From Octopus bimaculoides (taxonomy: Eukaryota): a DNA stretch of 63,643 nt. The notes under the pieces are model-generated. The model searched no databases. It was not told where the DNA came from and saw only the letters and a list, made by a program, of their open reading frames with translations. Position numbers and translations under genes: made by a program. Where the stretch lies: positions 30,361,518 to 30,425,160 of the forward strand of contig NC_068984.1 in the NCBI RefSeq assembly GCF_001194135.2, in the 5' to 3' direction. Of the stretch, positions 54,683-63,643 are shown one piece after another; within the stretch, counting starts at the first letter, position 1; the number at the start of each line of letters is the position of its first letter.

Positions 54683-55001
54683 TAAATCTCTCAGAGAGAT
54701 TTAAGCAGTAGTGGAGCAACAAAGTTGTAGTATATTGTCAACTTAATGTGACAATCCCAATAAGGGAATACACTACTGCTGTTTAGCCCTAGGAAGCTGG
54801 ACAGCTTCCTGTCGGCCTTGACACAATTACTGTGTCCTTAAGTTTGTGAAGGGGAGACAAGCTCCCCCACCCAGCCTAGCCAGCATTCAGGGACATGTTT
54901 CTGAGTCTTTGCTCGTCATCAGCCTGAAGTAGCTTGCCAGCTGGATAAGGAGGCCAGTTTCTCCTTCACAAACTTATGTAAATCATAGTGAAGTTCATTC
55001 A
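54683..55001 (-). mobile_element. Retrozyme-like unit, variant B (diverged homolog of the 350-bp unit)
   Basis: Collinear similarity to 55462-55811, with the same hairpins in the same order. It contains a hammerhead on a rod closed by the 14-bp stem 54839-54852/54963-54976. Confidence 0.75.
54886..54928 (-). ncRNA. Type I minimal hammerhead ribozyme (variant B)
   Basis: ttcagg-CTGATGA-C-GAG-caaaga-CTC-A-GAAAC-AT-GTC-cctgaa: perfect 6-bp stem I, palindromic stem III ACATGT, GUC cleavage triplet (cut after 54892). Confidence 0.8.
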
Positions 55002-55460
55002 NNNNNNNNNNNNNNNNNNNNNNNNNNNNNNNNNNNNNNNNNNNNNNNNNNNNNNNNNNNNNNNNNNNNNNNNNNNNNNNNNNNNNNNNNNNNNNNNNNN
55101 NNNNNNNNNNNNNNNNNNNNNNNNNNNNNNNNNNNNNNNNNNNNNNNNNNNNNNNNNNNNNNNNNNNNNNNNNNNNNNNNNNNNNNNNNNNNNNNNNNNN
55201 NNNNNNNNNNNNNNNNNNNNNNNNNNNNNNNNNNNNNNNNNNNNNNNNNNNNNNNNNNNNNNNNNNNNNNNNNNNNNNNNNNNNNNNNNNNNNNNNNNNN
55301 NNNNNNNNNNNNNNNNNNNNNNNNNNNNNNNNNNNNNNNNNNNNNNNNNNNNNNNNNNNNNNNNNNNNNNNNNNNNNNNNNNNNNNNNNNNNNNNNNNNN
55401 NNNNNNNNNNNNNNNNNNNNNNNNNNNNNNNNNNNNNNNNNNNNNNNNNNNNNNNNNNNA
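55002..55460. other. Assembly gap inside the retrozyme-like array
   Basis: 459 N. Other gaps lie at about 1449-1559, 4043-4330, 20742-21090, 27054-27154, 32775-33030, 35674-36426 and 62793-62801, almost all next to simple repeats. Confidence 0.99.
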
Positions 55461-55461
55461 T

Positions 55462-56000
55462 AAGCAATGTTAAATCTCTGAACGAGGTACTAACAGTAAC
55501 TGCACGACAAGGTGAAGTATATTTGCCACTTAAATGTGGCTGACCCCTAAGGGTGGATGTTAGTGTTGCTTTTAGCCCCAGGAGAACATCTCCTCCAGCT
55601 GGCTATTGACACACATCTGTGTCCTGTCTGTATTTGCAAAGGGAAGTCATCCTTCCCATCTTGATCTGCGATACGTACGGACTCGAGTTTCTAGGTATTT
55701 ACCTGTCCTCAGCATACGACAATCACGACCTTCGATGCGAAAGATTTCCCTTTGCAAATACTTATATCTTTTTCCAGTGAAATTATTCACTGATCTCGGA
55801 AAAGTGAAAACAAGCAATGTTAAATCTCTGAACGAGGTATTAACAGTAACCGCACGACAACGTGAAGTATATTTGCCACTTAGATGTGGCTGAGCCCTAT
55901 GGGTGGATGTTACTGTTGCTTTTAGCCCCAGGAGAACATCTCCTCCAGCTGGCTATTGACAAACATCTGTGTCCTGTCTGTATTTGAAAAGGGAAGTCAT
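55462..56000 (-). mobile_element. Retrozyme-like tandem repeat, 350-bp period, 1.5 copies visible (variant A)
   Basis: 55462-55650 repeats at 55812-56000 with about 9 differences in 189 bp. It abuts the N gap on the left and (TA)n on the right. Confidence 0.85.
55674..55718 (-). ncRNA. Type I minimal hammerhead ribozyme (variant A)
   Basis: cgtatg-CTGAGGA-C-AGGT-aaat-ACCT-A-GAAAC-TCGA-GTC-cgtacg: palindromic stem III ACTCGAGT, GUC triplet (cut after 55680). Stem I extends to the 16-bp stem 55630-55645/55746-55761. Confidence 0.85.
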
Positions 56001-56019
56001 ATATATATATGCATGCTTG

Positions 56020-56210
56020 TGTGTCTGTGTTTGTTCTCCAACTATCGCTTGACAACCAATGTTGGTGTTTTTACATCACTGTAACCTAGCGGTTCGGCAA
56101 AAAAGACCACTAGAATAAGTACTAAGCTTACAAAGAATAAGTCCTGGGGTCGATTTGTTCGACTAGAAGGCAGTGCTCCAGCATGGTCGCAGTCAAATGA
56201 CTGAAACAAA
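56020..56210 (+). mobile_element. SINE 3' tail
   Basis: GTGTCTGTGTTTG...GAATAAGTACTAAGCTTACAAAGAATAAGTCCTGGGGTCGATTTG...ATGACTGAAAC. Confidence 0.9.
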
Positions 56211-56699
56211 TAAATTAATTAACGAATAAAAGAAAAGAACATATTCATATTAAACATTGAAAGTAATTTAAGCATTGTTCAGATTTTATTGTTATTGATG
56301 TCATTATAATTATCTGGAGATTTTTATTGAATCATAAAAATGGATCAAACAGATTAAATAAGTGTATAGGGTGAGATTTATGGATCAAGATGAATTAGTA
56401 ATTTTATTCATTTCAAGTTTAACGAAGCTTGCTTTCTACAGAAAGCTTTGTTGTCTATTGACAGTTGATTTAAAGTATAATATTACTGTACTAACAACCA
56501 ATTGTGTTTATTGCCTTTAACCATATTTTAAAACTACGAATATCTTTTTCTACTCTAGGCACAAGGCCCGTAAAACTACAAATATCAGAGCCAATGAAGA
56601 AATCTCTCTGTGGTTGCTCGGTCTCCTAGAAATACCAGCTAAATCTACCTCCTTGAAATAGCTATCATTTTAAAAAAGGAGGAGTATGTTTGTTAATAT

Positions 56700-56919
56700 T
56701 ACTCTTTTACTTGTTTCAGTCATTTAACTGCAGCCATGCTGGAGCACTGCCTTTAGTCGAGAAAATCGACCCCAAGACTTATTCTTTGTAAGCCTAGTAC
56801 TTATTCTCTCAGTCTCTTTTTGCCAAACCACTAAGTTACGGGGACGTAAACACACCAGCATCGGTTGTCTAGCGATGATGGGGGGGACAAACACAGACAC
56901 ACAAACACACATACATATA

Positions 56920-56952
<33 letters not shown>

Positions 56953-57110
56953 GACGGGCTTCTTTCAGTTTCCGTCTACCAAATCCACTCACAAGGCTTT
57001 GGTTGGCCCGAGGCTATAGTAGAAGACACTTGTCCAAGGTGCCACACAGTTGGACTGAACCCAGAACCATGTGGTTGGTAAGCAAGCTACTTACCACACA
57101 GCCACTCCTG
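56700..57110 (-). mobile_element. Complete composite SINE: head, (TA)n and tail
   Basis: Head at 56945-57110, microsatellite at 56900-56950 and tail at 56700-56900, highly similar to the other copies. Confidence 0.92.
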
Positions 57111-57730
57111 TGCCAAGTTATATAATTTCTGGGAGAATGATGTGATGGTCATGGAAGGAACACCTTTCCTCACATGTCTACTCAATCAGAACTAACATGA
57201 GATATAACAAGATGAACAACTGTGGATATCACAAAATACAGGTAAATCTCAGCTGAATCAAAATTGTAAGATGGGTTCAATCTATAGCAGAGTCAATTCA
57301 TTTAATTTCTTTTACGTACTGCAATTCCTATAATTGAACTCAGCCAGGAAACTTACCCTCAACTCATCACTTGAGACAATGACATCAAAGGCAATCTAAC
57401 GGTCAATCAAAAGTCTTAGATGTTTTTTAGGCGTATTCTGTAAAATAACAATAAAGAAAGGTCAATCTTTCAATAAATCTTCAGAATGGGCAGAAGTAAT
57501 GCTTAGAGATAGAAAGAGAGATGAATACACTCCTGGATAGAATGCACAGGCATTTCAATTAACTTTCCAGGAATCAATTGATAACTGTGTATAAAGGTAA
57601 GGTAAATGGAAGAAATGTAAAAGCAAAATTCTTGCCATGTCAATGGAATGTATCAGATATGAACTGCAAATGTATGCCTTTTACTTACATACAAAACATA
57701 CTTGCAAATATACAAGTATGTATGCATTGC

Positions 57731-57770
<40 letters not shown>

Positions 57771-58894
57771 GTGTACGTGTGTGTGCGTGCGTGTGTGCGT
57801 GTGTATGAATGTATGTATGCATTGCATGTGTGTTTGTGTGCATGTATGTTATTCAGTTTTATTTTTAAAATTTCTTGCCAAAACATGAAAACCAGTCTCT
57901 AACCTAGATCCAAGATTCCTTCATGGGAATTTTAACGATGTCAACAGGGTATACTCAAATTCTGGAAAGTTTTACATATCCATTGATGGCTTGAAACTGT
58001 AGTAAGCATGTATGCATGTATGTGTGTAGAAAACTCAAGCCAGTCACTAACAAAGCAACAAGAATTTTTGAGTTGAAAGATCTCCTCGTGTTTATAAATA
58101 TGTGACGGTGTTGGTGTGTTGCTTGATCATTCACTGCATACGCCCAAGTGTGTATATATATATTCACATAAGAATCTCAGATATATGTGTGTGTGTGTGT
58201 GTGTATTCACACACGCATGTGCATATGTATGTGTTTATGCATGTATGCTTGATAAGCTGATTGACATTGAAAACTTGGATCCTGACCAGTTGAATATGAT
58301 TTCTCTTTCACATCCATTTAGTATGTATTACAACGTTTCAAAAACCACCAGATTTTTTTAATCTTCAAAGAGTTAACATTTGATCTGCAAAAACTCCATT
58401 CAGCTGTTGGTATATTGGTTTCAATTTTGTTATGTGTGTTACTTTAGCCAGTCAGAAACTGAAAGTCTGCGAGCCATCTTTAAGTTAAGTGAACAGAAAT
58501 AAATCTTTATCTAACTTTCTCTCTCTCTCTCTTTCTTGTATGTCACCAGATTTAAGCTGCCTCATTTCTCTCTCTCTCCCTCATTTAACAAACAGTTAGC
58601 CTATGATCTAACATCAATTAAATAATTTCTACTAGTTTAAATAAATGTTTGTTATCTATTTTTTTTTACTGGTAGCTCTTTTATCTGTTTATATACAATT
58701 CTACAACATATTGCACCATACTTTTTGTAAAACAAGAAAATTTATGCATACATTCTTATGAACTGGTTTGTGTAAGATTTTCTTTGATTGATTTTGTAAA
58801 TTAAGAACTGCTATATTTCTTTCTGGATTCTACCTAACACAAATTTACATTCACAGACCAAACGCTAGGTAATTATCATTATTCACAGATTGGC

Positions 58895-59640
58895 TCCTAT
58901 GCCAGTGGCATGCAAAAAGCACCATTCAAGCATGATTATTGCCAGCATCGCCTTACCGGCACATGTGCCGGTGGCATGTGAAAAACAGCATTCGAGTGTG
59001 CATGTTGCCAGTGCCACCAGACTGACTCCCATGTAAAAAACACCTTTTGAGCATGGTCATTGCCAGAACTGACTGACTGGTCCTCGTACCAGTGACACAT
59101 AAATGCACTCACTACACTCTTGGAGTGGTTAGCATTAGGAAGGGCATCCAGCTGTAAAAACTTTGCCATATGAGATTGGTGCAGCCTTCTGGCTCACCAG
59201 TCCTCAGTTAAGCCGTCTAACCCATGCCAGCTTGGAAAGTGGACGATAAACGATGACAGCAATGAGGATGATGATTCACAAACAAATCAAAATGGGAAAA
59301 AAGATATAAAAGGAAACAAATTATAAATTCATCATCATCATCACCATCATTTAACATCTGTTTTCCCTGACAGGAGCTGGCAAGCCAGAGAAATGCATCA
59401 GGCTACAGTTGTCTGCTCGGTCTAGTTTCTATGATTGGGTACCCTTCGTAATGCCAACCACTGTACAGAGTGAGCTGGGTGCTTTTTATGTGTCACCAGC
59501 TCAGCTGCTTTTTGTGTGGCACCAGCACCAGTGGTGTCACCAAGAATCTTGCAAAACAGGAGCCTTTCAGCTGAGAGAGGGATTGAAACTGGAGAAAGTG
59601 GCTGTGTGCCACACAAGAGATTAAAGCATAACAGAGAGAC
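58895..59640. mobile_element. Second tail-to-tail inverted pair of RTE-3'-end-type repeats
   Basis: Plus copy 58895-59275 and minus copy 59335-59640, with about 60 bp of spacer. Confidence 0.75.
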
Positions 59641-61971
59641 AGCAATAGCTGTCTTACTATTGAGGTAATATTTGGGTATCTCAGTTGGACAAGGAAGAAG
59701 AGGCAGGTAGGAAAAAGTTAGAAATAGTAAGGCAGTCAGAGCAAGAGAGAGAAATAGATGGTAGTGGAGATGTGTTGAGGCCTATTCATAGGGAACAATA
59801 GGGCTGAGTGTAAGTAGTACAGGGGGAGAGAGGAGGATGTTCTGCTCTCACATATTTGCCGTAACCTGCTCCTATCCACTCCAATTTCTCCCAACATCAC
59901 TTGCTACACACACACGCACACACGCATGCACGCACACACACACACACACACACACACGTACACACACACACACAGTGCACACACACGTACACACACCCAT
60001 ACATACACACACCCATACACACACCCATACACACACCCACACCCACCCACACACCCACACCCACACTCACACACACCCACACACATTATGTTGCTAATCC
60101 TCTGAAAATCCATTTTATTCTCTAGAAATCTCTTAAATGATAAAAATATTTTTAATGGCTGCTCTCTAATAAAGTAATGTAAATTAAAAATTGTAAACAA
60201 TATTGCTGTCAACATATTTATGAGAAATATAATTTTTTTAACTTGTAACACGATCTGTATTCTCTGAATGTAATAGCTTTCATGAAAAATGAAAGCTGGT
60301 TAAATGAATCTTGCCAATGGTTTATCATTTTAACATGTCCCATTAGATACACTTAAAATACCAAAGAAGTATAAAACCTCATGGAGAAAGATGTGGATGA
60401 CAATTAACCATCCTGTGTAAGAATATGTCTATTTAAGAAGTGAAATTCATTTGGTGTAGTGGAATCAAAATTGTTTGTATTTCAAAAATCACAAGTCACA
60501 AACCAAATTGAAATGGTTAAAAAAGATGCATAGTCCAGTGATTTAGAGTGTTGACCTAACAATAAAACTATGGCTTTGATTTCTGTACAAGTACCTTGCT
60601 TAAGGACATGGTACCCTTGAGCAAGATACTTCATTTCATGTTGCCCCAGTCTATTCAACTGAAATAAGTGTTATCTCCTCTCTCCCTTTAGTTGTCACAT
60701 CCTTGGTATTTTGCTGGGTCAAAGGTAATGGTTCAAAGAGCATGGCTATCTACTCATAATTACATACCCATTTGAAACAATTATCAATAGTTGCAGGTCA
60801 TACTCAATTGCAGATAAATGATGGCTTTGACATTGTTTTTTTTTAAACAAGTTGAATTGATATAGCTAAGAACTGGCATCATTCATATACATAAAGCACA
60901 AAATTACTAAGCATCTGTAGATTTTGTTTATTGCTTTAACAATATTCTAAGACTGCAAGTATTGCAAAATGCTGTGAAGTATCCTCTGAATTGAGCTTGT
61001 AATGCAATTTTAGTTCTCCGACGAAGCAATCCATTTAAATTAGCTTACTTCTGAGATAATTGTCATTTTTTTTAGCTCTTAACTTCAGCTGATTAAGTGA
61101 ACAAAATGAATGGCTACCTCTACAAAGAGGGAACGATTTATATTCTTTCATCACTGCTGAGCAATAGTCACTTTCCAGACATGTAAACTTTAATATTTTA
61201 ACCAATTTACTAATAACTAAGTGCTACGAGATGGTACAGCTGAACTTTGTAAACAGAAAGATTGGTCTAAGATTGGAGAGTAAATCTTGATCATGAAATG
61301 TTAATCTCATATCTTGCCAATCATGGTCAACTTGGGGAAGTACTCTCTTTAAGTTAGTATGATTAATGATTTATAGCTGGGGGCATCTGATTAGAAGGAG
61401 AAGGGTAGGACATTTTATTTATCAAATATACATGCGAAAATAGAAAATTTACATTCACAGACCAAATGCTGGGTAATTATCATTATTCACAGATTGGATC
61501 CCATGCTGGTAGCATGCAAAAAGCACCATTCAAGTGTGATTATTGCCAGCATCGCCTTAATGTGAAAATAGAAGAAATGTAATATCTGAGAAATCCACAC
61601 ATAGAACTGTGCTGACAAGTTATTCCAGAAATAAGGAGAAGGAAAGCCCATAATGTCATAAGGTCACTGTATTTCATTCAGAAGAAAAGAAAGATATCTC
61701 AAGATTTTGGAATATTTTCCTTTGTTGAAATAGACTGAAAGAAGAAAAAAGAAAAAGCATTAAAAAAAAGAGAAAAGAAAAATGTATGTGTGTTATCAAA
61801 CCAGCATGGCTGAAGATTGAAATTGTGAATAATAATAAGATTAACAGTAAATAAAAGTAATAAAGCTAAAAAATATTTTCTACACATACACACATGTATG
61901 TATGTGTATATGTATGTATGTATGTATAATTTCTGAGGATGTGCATAGAGTAGTGAGGTGAGAATCCAAAA

Positions 61972-62638
61972 AATAATGTAACTATTCACTCTTAATATTT
62001 TCTAACAGATTCAACCGGGAATAACTGACTGCTGTTGTTTGCATCATTGGAAAGCACTTCCTTCCCTTAGATGATATGATTCACATGTATTTCAATGGTG
62101 TAAGAGGATTTTGGGACACCATGGTGTTTTGCTCTGATTATGTGTTTCCGCAGACAAAGTTTCCTTACTGGACCAATGAATGTAACAAGAGGGTGAGCTC
62201 TTGTTTATAGATATTAGCAAATAAAGTTCTTGCTGATGTGGTCAGATATTTATAGTTGAATCTGCTAGAATATATTAAAAATGATTAAATAATTTATTGC
62301 TTGGATTCATACTGTTCTACAGGCATCCCATGATTTATTATCAGTTTGGAAGACATCAGCATGCATCAGAAAATAATTTGTTTATTGATTTTTATTAAAC
62401 AAAGAACTTATACTCTTGTTTGATTCATTGGGTTTGCCGGGTATCTTTGGGTGAGAAGACACACAACAAGGTCAAAATACTGCAATGTATTAAAGTCTCC
62501 TTACACCAGTGAGTCAAGTGTATTACGAATGTATATCAGCAATAGGAAGAGGTGTTTTCCAATGACGAAGAACAACACTGATCAGACATTCCTGTTTAAA
62601 TCTGCCAGAATGCATTAAGAATAACTAGATACATTATT
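61972..62638. repeat. 667-bp imperfect palindrome centred near 62291
   Basis: Outer 68 bp match 50/68 without gaps. A further ~105 bp (62096-62200 vs about 62405-62508) aligns without gaps at about 63%. The centre is AAATAATTT. Confidence 0.9.
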
Positions 62639-62649
62639 GTAATAACACA

Positions 62650-62960
62650 CAGACATATACATACATACACATACACACATATGTATATATATGTACATAC
62701 ACATACACACATATGTATATATATGTACATACACATACACACATATGTATATATATGTACATACACACATATGTATATATATGTACATACACNNNNNNNN
62801 NNTATATATATGTACATACACACATATGTATATATATGTACATACACATACTCACATATGTATATATATGTACATACACATACACACATATGTATATATA
62901 TGTACATACACATACACACATATGTATATATATATGTACATATACACACACACATATATA
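62650..62960. repeat. About 26-bp compound minisatellite (ACATACACACATATGTATATATATGT)
   Basis: Directly visible, with a small internal gap. Confidence 0.9.
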
Positions 62961-63305
62961 TGAGTATTTGGCCTCACGAAGGCAAAGTGGCTGAGTTCCT
63001 TTCAGGTGTTTGGCCACATGGGAGCAAAGTGGCCAAGTTCCTTTCGAGTATTGGGCCTCATGGAAGCAATGATCGAGACCTTTGGCATTATATAGTGCTT
63101 TGGAAGAAGACTCATCAGATACCGGTGTCACACAAATGGTGCCATGCTAGTGGCATGTAAAAGCACCCATTACACTCTCAGAGTGGTTGGCATTAAGAAA
63201 GGCAAATCAGACTGGAGTCAGGTGTAGCCTTCCAGCATGCCACCCCAGTCAAACAATCCAACCCATGCCAGCATGGACAACAGACGTTAAATAATGATGA
63301 TGATG
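62960..63305 (+). mobile_element. RTE LINE 3' end (ORF2 terminus plus 3'UTR) with an internal ~42-bp tandem duplication
   Basis: ...GGCCTCA(C/T)G(A/G)A(G/A)GCAA... is repeated, then RDLWHY-type codons, the family 3'UTR and a (GAT)n tail follow. Confidence 0.7.
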
Positions 63306-63610
63306 ATATATATATATATATATATACTGCTATCTGTGTATCACACTAAATGTATACACATCAAAATGTTGTTAGAGAATTATTCAAGATATGTTCTCAT
63401 AGACTTGTGCTAAAAAAGCACAGTGCATATTGGAGTGAGAAGAAACATCGTTTTGCGAACACTCTTCACAACATGTAACTGATAGAAAAAGGAACAAACT
63501 TTAATAAAACAAAAAAAACAAGTACTGGGATTGATTCATCTAACTAAACCTTTTCAAGGCAGTGCCCCAGCATGGCTGCAGTCTAATGACTGAAACAAGT
63601 AAAAGGCAAG

Positions 63611-63643
<33 letters not shown>

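Noticed and set aside
55540-55620. HDV-like ribozyme fold around GGGGCTAAA
   Set aside because: I could not assign a nested P1/P2/P3 double pseudoknot. Simple hairpins explain the pairing.
62027-62192. Exon-like open frame DDMIHMYFNGVRGFWDTMVFCSDYVFPQTKFPYWTNECNKR with AG/GT flanks
   Set aside because: It lies in one arm of the palindrome. The other arm has stops in the same frame and differences show no codon-position bias. No family was recognised.
62323-62618. Frame interrupted only by TGA codons (selenoprotein idea)
   Set aside because: There is no Sec-motif context, no recognisable SECIS and no selenoprotein similarity. It is compatible with chance.

Overview
AT-rich, microsatellite-dense eukaryotic scaffold with several N gaps. 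The SINE, LINE and microsatellite landscape points to a cephalopod, most likely Octopus (inferred, not proven). No host protein-coding gene can be supported, and the listed ORFs are microsatellite artefacts or transposon relics. The window contains tRNA-headed SINEs, RTE-type LINE 3' ends and RT relics, at least nine R4/Dong-like (restriction-like endonuclease) LINE fragments, a near-complete mariner and two maT/DD37D-like relics. The main result is at 54683-56000 on the minus strand: a tandem 350-bp unit that carries a type I minimal hammerhead ribozyme capping a ~130-nt rod. It is present as two diverged variants with covarying hairpins, and both ribozymes share an unusual C/A juxtaposition in place of the G10.1-C11.1 pair. 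This looks like a non-LTR retrozyme (circRNA-forming) family. Other notable structures are a 350-bp inverted repeat with hammerhead-like motifs (7976-8325) and a 667-bp old, almost loop-less palindrome (61972-62638). Coordinates of degenerate repeats are approximate and were read by eye.
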